DNA of 32,000 bases from Promethearchaeum syntrophicum (GTDB lineage: Archaea; Asgardarchaeota; Lokiarchaeia; Sigyniarchaeales; Promethearchaeaceae), in NCBI RefSeq assembly GCF_008000775.2, contig NZ_CP042905.2, forward strand, positions 360,001-392,000. The letters are read 5' to 3'. The position numbers and the translations under genes are program-made. The notes below the pieces were generated by a model, which saw only the letters and a program-made list of their open reading frames with translations, did not search any database and was not told where the DNA came from. Positions 9,007 through 17,710 of the stretch are shown here, one piece after another (the stretch's first letter is position 1; the number at the start of each line of letters is the position of its first letter).

Positions 9007-9934
9007 ATCGCATAAGATTAAACAATTGCTGGGGACTAAATCTTCTAAGCTTTTTGTTGATAAAAGGGAATGATTCTGGGATTTTTATGATTTTTTTGAA
9101 GTACTTAAATTGAATTGCAGCATTTTCGTCATTTTTTAAGAAAAATGAAATAGCATTTCGTAATGATTTGTTTTTAAATGGGAAAATTCCCCTTAAAAAT
9201 GATAGGTAATCTTTTCGGTATAAATTTTCTGGAGAATCACTTGATAGAGAATTTTTTGCTGTCAATTCAATAACTACCGAAGTAACACGAGGTTTTGGGA
9301 AAAAACAAGATGGTGGAACAGTTTTAATTTTTTTGATATTAAGGTAGAGTCCCACAGCTGCGCTAATCCGAGAATAATTTTTAGAATTTACTTTTGCGAC
9401 CAGTCTATTTGCAAATTCATCTTGAACCATCAAAATGCAATTTTTTAATTTATCTATAGTCCATGAATCAATAATTTTAAAAATTAAAGGTGCTGAGATT
9501 TGATACGGAATATTTCCTACGATTTTGGTAACTCCTGGAAAGGGGATTTTAATCGCATCTCCATTAATAATAATTGCATCTAATTCTGTATATTGTTTAA
9601 AATCAATCGGATCTGATGTAAATTTAATTAATTCTACTTTATATTCTGCTTTCAGATTGTTATATAGGAAATTTGTTATTTTTTCATCATTATCTATTAA
9701 ATAAACCTTCTTCCCTCTTTTAATCAATGAATTAGAGAGTGTTCCTAACCCAGAGCCAATTTCCAGAATAATATCCTCATACTTATCTATATCCACTTCC
9801 TTTAGGATGAAATTTGCAATATTTTCATCGATTAGGTAACATTGACCTCTATTCTTATCTAAACGAATATTCAATTCACTTAGTTTATCTAAAAGTTGTC
9901 GTTTGGAATAAAATGGCACAAGAATGTTCTCCAA
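8951..9934 (-). CDS. rsmA/ksgA: 16S rRNA (adenine-N6,N6)-dimethyltransferase RsmA/KsgA/Dim1 family
   Basis: LDKNRGQCYLIDENI, ILEIGSGLGTLSNSLI, KIVGNIPYQISAPLIFKI, VQDEFANRLVAKVNSKNYSRIS, FFPKPRVTSVVIEL. Confidence 0.93.
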   Translation of the reverse strand: MENILVPFYSKRQLLDKLSELNIRLDKNRGQCYLIDENIANFILKEVDIDKYEDIILEIGSGLGTLSNSLIKRGKKVYLIDNDEKITNFLYNNLKAEYKVELIKFTSDPIDFKQYTELDAIIINGDAIKIPFPGVTKIVGNIPYQISAPLIFKIIDSWTIDKLKNCILMVQDEFANRLVAKVNSKNYSRISAAVGLYLNIKKIKTVPPSCFFPKPRVTSVVIELTAKNSLSSDSPENLYRKDYLSFLRGIFPFKNKSLRNAISFFLKNDENAAIQFKYFKKIIKIPESFPFINKKLRRFSPQQLFNLMRYGTTGKNEILQEFELDGS

Positions 9935-9971
9935 AATATGAAATTAAAAAATTTTTTTTTTAAAAATCTAC

Positions 9972-10676
9972 TTATCCTCGCTTTCGGGATCGCTTAACAA
10001 ATAAATAATGTTTTAAATCATCCCCCATAATTTCTTCAATAATCCGTTTACGAAATGTCTCAACTGGTTTAAATCCTGGGACTCTTGAATGTAAATCTTC
10101 AAAACTCTTAAATGGAGGTTTTTCACGGTTATTAATTATTTCCCACATCAATTTTTTTCCAATTCCAGGTAAAACTTCTAAGGAATGTCGTTTTATTGTA
10201 ATAGGACCTGAGTTATTTATAAATTCTATAAACCTCGGTTCATTTTCGTTAACATATTGTGCAACAACTACATCTAATGTAGAAGATGAAGTAGGAGTTA
10301 ATTCCAAAAATGTTATTTTTCTTTGGATTCTTTCATAGATATCTTGGTTCTCAGTTACAACAATTTTTTCTTGTAAACGTCTTTCTGTTATTTTTGATTT
10401 ATTCAAGCGAATTTCATAAAGCTGAAATTTAGATCCTTCTAAAATTTGAGCAATTGGATTCCATTGATGATCTGCTTTATCGATTCCACCATGTTGAAGA
10501 ATATCTAAGATATAAATTTCAGTACCTGGGTGTAGTCTTAATGTAGACTGAAATTTTGTTCGATCTCTATTTGACTTATAGCCACTTCGACTACTTCTTC
10601 CTCTATAATTTCCTTGAGATCTGTTATCTCTTCTTCTATTATTCCCATCATATCTTTGGTTTCTTCGATCGCTCAT
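9972..10676 (-). CDS. DUF655 family protein with N-terminal Arg/Gly-rich tail
   Basis: FQSTLRLHPGTEIYILDILQHG, HSLEVLPGIGKKLMWEIINNREKPPFKSFEDLHSRVPGF (helix-hairpin-helix), and neighbour ksgA. Confidence 0.87.
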   Translation of the reverse strand: MSDRRNQRYDGNNRRRDNRSQGNYRGRSSRSGYKSNRDRTKFQSTLRLHPGTEIYILDILQHGGIDKADHQWNPIAQILEGSKFQLYEIRLNKSKITERRLQEKIVVTENQDIYERIQRKITFLELTPTSSSTLDVVVAQYVNENEPRFIEFINNSGPITIKRHSLEVLPGIGKKLMWEIINNREKPPFKSFEDLHSRVPGFKPVETFRKRIIEEIMGDDLKHYLFVKRSRKRG

Positions 10677-10992
10677 TTTTAATTCTCCCGAATATGCTAT
10701 AATATTTCTTTTATTTTTTCCATTTGTTTTATTACATTTTTTATTTAGAGTGTTTTATTTTTCTCCGAATCTTTAAAATTATATCCCTCTTCTTAACCAT
10801 CGAATTAAAATTACAGTGGTTTATCCTTAACTGCTTTAAGAATTATTGGAGGCGGGTCTAGATTCATTTTCAATCACATTGAAAAACTATGTTACTGCTA
10901 CTTACTACTATAATTTGAAATTAAGCAAATATAAAGCTAACCAAAAATTGTCATCTCCGAAATGGACTTTGAAGAAAAAATTGATTTTTTTA

Positions 10993-11361
10993 TTAAGCTT
11001 GTAAATCACGAATTTTTTGGATCATAATATCTAAATCTTCATCAGATAAATCCCTAAGGGTTACGTCTTTTTCTAAGATAACTCGTAATTCTTGATGATA
11101 GTTTGGATCGATATTGACTATCTGAATGGCGTATTCAATATCCATGGAATAATCTTTTACAAGCATTTTTATAATTTTTTTTGCGACTTCCGCGCTCATT
11201 TTGGAGAAGTTATGAACATATTCATAGGTTGCATCTTGAAATGGATCGGGTTGGATAGTTTCAATTTGTTCCATCTTTTCGAATAATTCTTCCATTATTT
11301 CTTTTACTTCAGGAATCGAAACCAATTCCTCTTTTATAATTTTTTTTACCATATCTACCAA
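10993..11361 (-). CDS. rpoF: DNA-directed RNA polymerase subunit F (Rpb4-like)
   Basis: Rpb4-like small helical protein (LSDEDLDIMIQKIRDL) located directly after L21e, as is usual in archaea. Confidence 0.85.
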   Translation of the reverse strand: MVDMVKKIIKEELVSIPEVKEIMEELFEKMEQIETIQPDPFQDATYEYVHNFSKMSAEVAKKIIKMLVKDYSMDIEYAIQIVNIDPNYHQELRVILEKDVTLRDLSDEDLDIMIQKIRDLQA

Positions 11362-11390
11362 ATCCCTTTTCTCATTTATTAAAAATAGAT

Positions 11391-11711
11391 TTATTTCTTT
11401 GCTTTATCTAATTGCGCGCCCTTATTCAATCTAAGGTGCTCACGTCCTAAGAACATGGTTTTCATTTTATTTCCATCTTTGACATGCACTCCATAACAAC
11501 GTCCACGTTCTTCAAATACAACACCAGTTTTTCCATGAAATCTTCTGTGTGGGAAACCCCTCTTCTGAAAAGATGGATCCCCAATAATGTCGATTTTGTC
11601 GCCTACTTTGTAATCTATCATAAATTTGGAAAGGCCGGGTAATCCTCGCTTTCTCACATTCTTTCTAAATATTCGTCTAGTCTTTGATCTGTATCCATGA
11701 TGCTTGGTCAA
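11391..11711 (-). CDS. rpl21e: Large ribosomal subunit protein L21e
   Basis: TKHHGYRSKTRRIFRKNVRKRGLPGLSKFMIDYKVGDKIDIIGDPSFQKRGFPHRRFHGKTGVVFEERGRCYGVHV. Probable TTG start at 11711 preceded by GGTGG. The track ORF extends to 11735. Confidence 0.93.
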   Translation of the reverse strand: MTKHHGYRSKTRRIFRKNVRKRGLPGLSKFMIDYKVGDKIDIIGDPSFQKRGFPHRRFHGKTGVVFEERGRCYGVHVKDGNKMKTMFLGREHLRLNKGAQLDKAKK

Positions 11712-11821
11712 TGTTTTTCCACCTATAAATAACAACTATATAACAAAGATAGTTTTTAATAAGATTTCTAATTATCCATTTAAAAAAAAATTTGTGATTT
11801 TTGTCAATTTCAACGATTTCT

Positions 11822-12928
11822 TTATTGAGGAATGAAAGACATTTCTTTTGTAATTTTTTGAATGACTGCAACTGTCAACTCAACTATCATATTAACATCA
11901 TTTAGATTGACGATTTCACTCATTGAATGCATATATCGGTTTGGAATGGCGATAACTCCTGTGGCAACTCCTGATCGTGATATTTGAATAGAGCGAGCAT
12001 CATTCCCGGTTGCTCTCGGAGTTGCGAGAATTTGGTATGGTATACCTAATTCCTTTGCAGTTTCTACAAAAAGATTGAATAAAATTGGATTAATGTTGGG
12101 ACCTCTTACAATTACAGGACCACCGCCCATCTTTACTATTCCAATATCACTTTCTTTCATATCTGGAGTATCTGTCGCGAAAGTGACATCATAGGCAATT
12201 CCAACTTGCGGATTCACAGAATAGGTAGATGTTATGGCTCCCCGTGTCCCTATTTCTTCTTGGGTTGTGGCTACAGCATGAACTTCGCCTTCAAATTTTG
12301 TTCCTTTCAAAGATTTAATAACTTCTGCTATTATAAAGGTTCCAATTTTATCGTCAAAACATCTTGAAACAACTAAATCCCCTTTTCCTAAAGGAGCGTA
12401 TGAGTGCTCAAAAATTATTGGATCACCGATTTCGATACCTAATTCTTTAACAGCTTCTTCACGAGATGTTGCTCCTATATCAATAAATTGTTGGTCCAGT
12501 TTTACGACATTTTTGCGTTCTTCGGGTTTTTGTAGGTGAATCGCTTTTTTTCCGATAACACCAAGGATTTTTCCTTTTGATCCAGTTAAAATACGCACCC
12601 TATTTCCTGGAGTTAGATGGGCGTCAACTCCCCCTAACATGTGAAATCGAATAAAACCTTTTTCATCTATATATTTAACTTGAAGGCCAACTTCATCTAC
12701 ATGCGCCATTAGCGCAATTCTTGGGTTACCTTCCAAGTTTAATACAGCATCTACATTTCCCATAACATCTGTTTTTATTTTATCCGCTATATCATTCAAA
12801 TATTCACGGTAAACAGATTGGGCTGGTTGTTCAAATCCAGTCGGACTTGGAGCATTAACCAATTTTTCTAAAAATTTCTCGTTAATAATTCTAGGCTTTT
12901 TTTCAATATTTTCAATTTTTTCAGACAT
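11822..12928 (-). CDS. M42 family (tetrahedral/endoglucanase-like) aminopeptidase
   Basis: LVNAPSPTGFEQP, MAHVDEVGLQVKYI, VVSRCFDDKIGTFI, ATTQEEIGTRGA, PRATGNDARSIQISRSGVATGVIAIPNRYMHS. Confidence 0.92.
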   Translation of the reverse strand: MSEKIENIEKKPRIINEKFLEKLVNAPSPTGFEQPAQSVYREYLNDIADKIKTDVMGNVDAVLNLEGNPRIALMAHVDEVGLQVKYIDEKGFIRFHMLGGVDAHLTPGNRVRILTGSKGKILGVIGKKAIHLQKPEERKNVVKLDQQFIDIGATSREEAVKELGIEIGDPIIFEHSYAPLGKGDLVVSRCFDDKIGTFIIAEVIKSLKGTKFEGEVHAVATTQEEIGTRGAITSTYSVNPQVGIAYDVTFATDTPDMKESDIGIVKMGGGPVIVRGPNINPILFNLFVETAKELGIPYQILATPRATGNDARSIQISRSGVATGVIAIPNRYMHSMSEIVNLNDVNMIVELTVAVIQKITKEMSFIPQ

Positions 12929-13034
12929 GTTTGATTAAGATTTCTTTAATATTTGTTTTTTTTTAATTTCAAAATTTCCATAATTTATCACATTTTGAAT
13001 GTAGGGTTTCATTAACAAATATTTAAATACAACT

Positions 13035-13913
13035 GTGTCAAAGTCTAAAACTATGGAAAATTCCGACATATTGAGAAAAACCTCAAAAAATGAGATAATA
13101 AATGCTATTGATCAAAATTCTATAGATTTTTGGAAAACATTCTCCAATTTTTTAGATAAAGATGAAAGTTTAAAGAAAAATCCCAAATTTGAAATTTCTG
13201 TGAAGAAGGAAGTATCAAAAATTTTTACAGGAATGAATCATCCTATAGGAAATGCGTTTACTAGAGCAAATTTCACAGAGCAACAAGTATACGAAAAAGT
13301 AAGTATCTATCTAAATCTGGCTAAACAAAAAAATATACCTTTTATTTGGTGGGTAGGAGCCTTATCTAAGCCCCATAATTTAGGAGAAATTCTCGCGAAA
13401 ATAGGTTTGATTAAAGATGAATCCCCCGGTATGTATCTAAATTTAAGAGATATTGATGAAACAAAATATAAAGCTGCTTTAAATCGTTCTAAAATTAAAA
13501 TAGAACAAATTTTAAATCCTAAAGAAGAAAAATTCTGGTTAGATCTATGTTCTACAATATTTGAAATGGAAGAAGTTAAAGATGAAATTGATCGTATGTG
13601 GCGCGTATGTTTAAAATTCTGTGATGCATATTTAGCTACTTATGAGGGAAACCCAGTAGGAATTTCTATGGTTTTTTATGGAGGGGGAGTTGCTGGGATT
13701 TATAATGTTGGTGTTCATCCTGATTATCGAAATCGAGGGATAGGTACAGCAATAACTTTAGCACCAACAATTCAAGCTAAAAAAAAAGGTTATGAAATTA
13801 GTATTTTAATGTCTTCAGAAATAGGATTCAAAGTATATTCTCAAATAGGGTTTCAAGAATGTTGCAAATTTAATCAATATATATATATTCCACAACCAAA
13901 TGAAGAAAAATAA
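13035..13913 (+). CDS. GNAT family N-acetyltransferase (N-terminal extension)
   Basis: YEGNPVGISMVFYGGGVAGIYNVGVHPDYRNRGIGTAITLAPTIQAKKKGYEISILMSSEIGFKVYSQIGFQE (acetyl-CoA-binding RxxGxG-type motif). Start is GTG at 13035 or ATG at 13053. Confidence 0.87.
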   Translation: MSKSKTMENSDILRKTSKNEIINAIDQNSIDFWKTFSNFLDKDESLKKNPKFEISVKKEVSKIFTGMNHPIGNAFTRANFTEQQVYEKVSIYLNLAKQKNIPFIWWVGALSKPHNLGEILAKIGLIKDESPGMYLNLRDIDETKYKAALNRSKIKIEQILNPKEEKFWLDLCSTIFEMEEVKDEIDRMWRVCLKFCDAYLATYEGNPVGISMVFYGGGVAGIYNVGVHPDYRNRGIGTAITLAPTIQAKKKGYEISILMSSEIGFKVYSQIGFQECCKFNQYIYIPQPNEEK

Positions 13914-14042
13914 GTCTATTTTGTATGGTTAGCTTAGGAAATCTCGAATTTCAATGACGCATGGACACATATGGTCTCATATGATCTCATAGGAATTTTA
14001 TTATTTTTGTATAACTCCCTAAGCAATTAGGGTATTAGATCA
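13833..14042 (+). repeat. Copy 1 of a ~210 bp direct duplication (3' end of GNAT gene plus spacer)
   Basis: Aligns without gaps to 14999-15208 at constant offset 1166. The 147 bp part 13896-14042 is roughly 80-85% identical by hand alignment. Confidence 0.85.
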
Positions 14043-14105
14043 TGATTTGAATCATTTTTCATTCGAAACATGCTAATATTGAATTAAATTATTTTTATAT
14101 ATCCT

Positions 14106-14933
14106 ATGAATTACTTTGAAGGGATAGAGAAAATGAAGAAAATACATTTGAATAAAAAGAACAAAATTCTGGCAGTGATTGTGGTTCTGCTAGTAGTAGG
14201 TCCTATAACTGTAATTCTTATGTTAATGAATAATTCTCCGAGTCAATCTTATAACGTAATTTCTCAAGATCTCGACTTAGATGAAATGAATAGTTATCCT
14301 CAAGAGATTATTAGAATTAATGAAAATTCTGCAGGTATAGATATAGATATTAAAGTGAAAATCGATAAAAATCGTTTAAAATCTGTTCCATTGGAAAATT
14401 ATACTTATAAGGATGAAATAGCTTATTTCCAAAATCCCTCAAGTAAAATCCAATCGAATTCATCAATAATTGCAGAATTGGCAGAAGAAATTATTGGTGA
14501 AGAACAAGATATCTTAACTATCGTACGTTTAGTTGCAAATTGGACTAGTTCCTCCATTTCATATGATGAATTACTGGCATCTCAAATTTGGAATGGACAA
14601 TCTCAAACGCAAGACGCCTTAACTACATTAGAACTTATGACTGGAACTTGTAGTGAATATGCAAATGTTTTTATCGCAGTTATGAGATATATAGGTGTTC
14701 CTACTCGATTTATTACGGGAAAGAGATTTGAAGGATCTTATCACGCATGGGCGGAAATATATTTATATGAAATAGGATGGATTCCAGTTGATCCCCAACA
14801 TAATGTTATAAATTATTGCTATGAATCAAATGATTTTGTTATTCTTACCTGTGTGAAGCTTTTCGCAGGCTTAGATTTTGTCGATATTGGGATAAAATTA
14901 GCTGATCTTGGAACTATTATAAAAAAGATCTAA
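14106..14933 (+). CDS. Membrane-anchored transglutaminase-like (cysteine protease fold) protein
   Basis: N-terminal TM helix ILAVIVVLLVVGPITVILML. Catalytic triad context MTGTCSEYANVFIAVMRYIGVPTRFITG / SYHAWAEIYL / IGWIPVDPQHN. Confidence 0.88.
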   Translation: MNYFEGIEKMKKIHLNKKNKILAVIVVLLVVGPITVILMLMNNSPSQSYNVISQDLDLDEMNSYPQEIIRINENSAGIDIDIKVKIDKNRLKSVPLENYTYKDEIAYFQNPSSKIQSNSSIIAELAEEIIGEEQDILTIVRLVANWTSSSISYDELLASQIWNGQSQTQDALTTLELMTGTCSEYANVFIAVMRYIGVPTRFITGKRFEGSYHAWAEIYLYEIGWIPVDPQHNVINYCYESNDFVILTCVKLFAGLDFVDIGIKLADLGTIIKKI

Positions 14934-14976
14934 TAATTATTTCAGTTTCCTAACGTTTCTACATAATTTCTCAGTA

Positions 14977-15079
14977 ATAACAAGCTTATGGATTTATAGT
15001 TTATTCTCAAATTGGTCTTAAGGAATAATTCAAATTTGGACGATAATAACACATGCTATATCCAATTGAAGAAAATTTA
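14977..15079 (+). pseudogene. Decayed C-terminal fragment of a second GNAT gene
   Basis: Nucleotides 14999-15040 read VYSQIGLKE*FKFG versus VYSQIGFQECCKFN in the intact GNAT gene, with in-frame stops. Same distance (60 bp) to the repeated spacer as in copy 1. Confidence 0.65.
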
Positions 15080-15208
15080 GTCTATTTTGTATGGTTTGCT
15101 TGAGAAATCTCGAAATTTAAAAACACATGGATACATATGGTCCCATATGATCCCATAGGAATTTTTTTATTGCTGTAAAACTCCTTATTTAATTAGGGCA
15201 TAAGATCA
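14999..15208 (+). repeat. Copy 2 of the ~210 bp direct duplication, immediately upstream of the NfeD-like gene
   Basis: TCTATTTTGTATGGTT.GCTT..GAAATCTCGA...CATGGAYACATATGGTCYCATATGATCYCATAGGAATTTT shared with copy 1. Confidence 0.85.
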
Positions 15209-15270
15209 CGTGATTATAATCGAAAGTGGACTTTAGGATAATGTATCTTAACCTAAAACGGAGATATAGA

Positions 15271-16146
15271 ATGATCTGGCATGAAATAATATTTTCCTTA
15301 TGCGTAGGCGCTTTAATTTCAGGATTTATTCTAACACTAATACTTTCCATAATGGCTGCTTCCAACTTTTCCAATCAAGAAGCTGGAGATAATGATATTT
15401 CTGAAAATTTTGACGATACAGGGGAATATGGAACAGATGGTGCAGAAACTGACTTTGATGGGGATATCGACTCAGATATTGATGCGGGAGAAATTGATTT
15501 TGATCCTGATTCAGAAATGGATCTTGATTCAGATTTAGACTTTGAAGCAGATACTGAAGTAGAAGTGGAAACTGACCTTGATTCTGAAGTAGAAATTGAC
15601 GAAGATATTCAAATAGAGCCATCGATTGAAAGTGCACTCTCTACAAGTGAAAGTGATTTCATAAATTTTGAAAATCAAACTCCTATGTCATTGATTTTTT
15701 CTTTATATCTTCTATGGTTTGGAGTGATCGGGACTTCTACACATGATTTTTTCTCAAATTCATGGATGTGGCTCTGGTTGATCATAATTTTAATTTGTCC
15801 TGTAATTTTTGTTAAAATCGTTAGTAAATTCTGGAGAAAAATATCTAAAAACACCGCATATCGAGTGAGAGTTGGAAATCAATTATTAGGGCGTGAAGCA
15901 ATGGTAAAAATCCCTGTGTCTTCTGATGGAGGGACCGTATCTGTTAAATCTGCTGATGCTGTTCAACAAATTGGAGTGAAATCTCTACATGAATTATCTT
16001 GGTTCCATTCAGGAATGACTGTTTATATCTGTGAATACAAAGATGGAATGTATTTCGTTGATGATAATCCCGCAAGCGTGAAATTGAAAAAATCTCATCA
16101 TAGGATACAAAATAAGAAAATCAGAATTTCTACAATACAAAAATAA
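15271..16146 (+). CDS. NfeD/YqiJ-like membrane protein with long Asp/Glu-rich linker and C-terminal OB-fold-like domain
   Basis: TM helix at the N-terminus, ~100 aa acidic stretch (DFDGDIDSDIDAGEIDFDPDSEMDLDSDLDFEADTEVEVETDLDSEVEIDEDI), two further hydrophobic segments, LLGREAMVKIPVSSDGGTVSVKS. Adjacent to an SPFH gene. Open frame extends to 15226. Confidence 0.7.
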   Translation: MIWHEIIFSLCVGALISGFILTLILSIMAASNFSNQEAGDNDISENFDDTGEYGTDGAETDFDGDIDSDIDAGEIDFDPDSEMDLDSDLDFEADTEVEVETDLDSEVEIDEDIQIEPSIESALSTSESDFINFENQTPMSLIFSLYLLWFGVIGTSTHDFFSNSWMWLWLIIILICPVIFVKIVSKFWRKISKNTAYRVRVGNQLLGREAMVKIPVSSDGGTVSVKSADAVQQIGVKSLHELSWFHSGMTVYICEYKDGMYFVDDNPASVKLKKSHHRIQNKKIRISTIQK

Positions 16147-16205
16147 AAAAAAACTTATATATTTCTAATAAAAAAAAAAAAAAAAAAAATAAAGAGAAAA
16201 AAAAA

Positions 16206-17441
16206 ATGATTTATGCTGAATTTAGTTTAGGGGTGGCAGGAATAGTTATTTTAATTGTCTTGTCTATTGTGTTGGTTGCAGTATTCTTTGCTAGCAGATA
16301 CAGAAAGTTCAAAACAAATGAATACGTTATTCATTTAAGGAATGGGAAGGTTGCTTCAGCCGGTAGGGGAGGTAAAATTATCAAATTACCTTTGATCGAT
16401 GAAATTGTAGTAATTCCGACAACCACCAGAAAAACTCTGTTGAATTCTTCAGATAAAATATTGTCTCGTGAATTTCAAGATGTAAAAATAAGCGCAATTC
16501 TTTATTGGCGTGTTTCAGAACCGGAAATATCATTTAATGCTGTTGTATGGGATCCAAGATCACCTGATTATGTTGAAAGGGTACTTAGTACAGCAACGGA
16601 GGCAATTATTCGTACAACTTGTGCTAGTTTAACCGTTGAAACCATTATTTGCGATCGAACTGAAATTATTAAAACAATTACAGATCAATTGTTAAACTTA
16701 ACAAAAGATTGGGGAATTGTAATAGAATCTTTAGAAATTATTGAAGTTCAGGTGCTAGACAAAGATTTGAAAGATAATATGGAAGCTGTTAAGAAGATTC
16801 AAGAACAACAACGCGCGCGTTTAGCCAATGCGGATGCGAAAGAACTGTATAGATTAAGAGAAATCGATGTTAGTCGGCAATCAGAATTAGCAGAAAAAGA
16901 AATGGCAATTCAAATTCAACAACAAGAATTAACTCGTGCTGAAATTGAAGCCGAAGCTTACAAAAAAGCAACTCTCATCAGAGCAGAAGCAGATGCAGAT
17001 GCTATCAAAATGAGAATTCTCGCTGAGAAGGAAGCTGAAGCTATTGGAATTCGTTTAAAAATGACTGCTGAGGCCGAAGGATTTCAAAAGCAAGTTGATG
17101 CAATAAATTCTGGTGATCAAAACTTCCTCACCATGAAATTAATCGAACAAATGCCCGAGATTTACAAAAATATTTCACCTGATAAAATGATTGTAATGGG
17201 AGAGGGAAATAAAGGGTTCAATTCTATTTTAGAAAGCATCCTTCCTTTAATGCAGATTCTCCCCGAATTCAATAAACAAATCAATGGTGTATCAAAAGAT
17301 TCTGTAGAGAAGATTAAAAGGGATAAAGATGTTACCGGTGTGGAATTTGAAGATTCGGAAATCGAAAACTTCCAAAAAATCATGCAGATAGAACAACCTA
17401 TTAAAAATAATAAGAGTAAGGGCATAAAGGTAAAAAAATAA
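16206..17441 (+). CDS. SPFH/band 7 domain, flotillin-like protein
   Basis: N-terminal TM, YVIHLRNGKVASAGRGGKIIKLPLIDEIVVIP, SPFH core, then Ala/Glu-rich coiled coil (AEIEAEAYKKATLIRAEADADAIKMRILAEKEAEAIGIRLKMTAEAEG). Confidence 0.9.
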   Translation: MIYAEFSLGVAGIVILIVLSIVLVAVFFASRYRKFKTNEYVIHLRNGKVASAGRGGKIIKLPLIDEIVVIPTTTRKTLLNSSDKILSREFQDVKISAILYWRVSEPEISFNAVVWDPRSPDYVERVLSTATEAIIRTTCASLTVETIICDRTEIIKTITDQLLNLTKDWGIVIESLEIIEVQVLDKDLKDNMEAVKKIQEQQRARLANADAKELYRLREIDVSRQSELAEKEMAIQIQQQELTRAEIEAEAYKKATLIRAEADADAIKMRILAEKEAEAIGIRLKMTAEAEGFQKQVDAINSGDQNFLTMKLIEQMPEIYKNISPDKMIVMGEGNKGFNSILESILPLMQILPEFNKQINGVSKDSVEKIKRDKDVTGVEFEDSEIENFQKIMQIEQPIKNNKSKGIKVKK

Positions 17442-17710
17442 GATGAAAAATAGTATATTATGCTATTATAAATATACAAGAGCATCTGAAGATTATGTTA
17501 CTAAAAGCTGAATTTATTTAAAATTCAAGGTTGGGAATTTGGTTCTACAATTTCAAATTCGGACCATAATCTGAAAGGGTTTCTTTTCCAGTTCAAATCC
17601 TTATTTTTTATCGTTTTTTAGATTTTTCTTCCATTCTTTACAAAGAGTGAAGACCTTAGACAAAAAGATAGATTTATTAAGAAGTTGTTGAATATTTAAT
17701 AAGACTACTA

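Noticed and set aside
11677-11871. 64 aa ORF between L21e and the M42 peptidase
   Set aside because: Its C-terminal end is an out-of-frame reading of the L21e start region and the rest is AT-rich spacer.
13833-15208. Insertion sequence or transposon explanation for the duplicated spacer
   Set aside because: No transposase, no terminal inverted repeats or target-site duplication visible, and homology continues into the GNAT coding end, fitting segmental duplication better.
15326-15637. 103 aa minus-strand ORF in the NfeD-like gene
   Set aside because: Antisense of the acidic GAT/GAA-rich linker. The repetitive FLNQDQ composition is a by-product.
17560-17640. Possible tRNA T-arm (AGTTCAAATCC) between the SPFH gene and the giant gene
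   Set aside because: No matching acceptor stem, D-arm or anticodon stem could be built around it.
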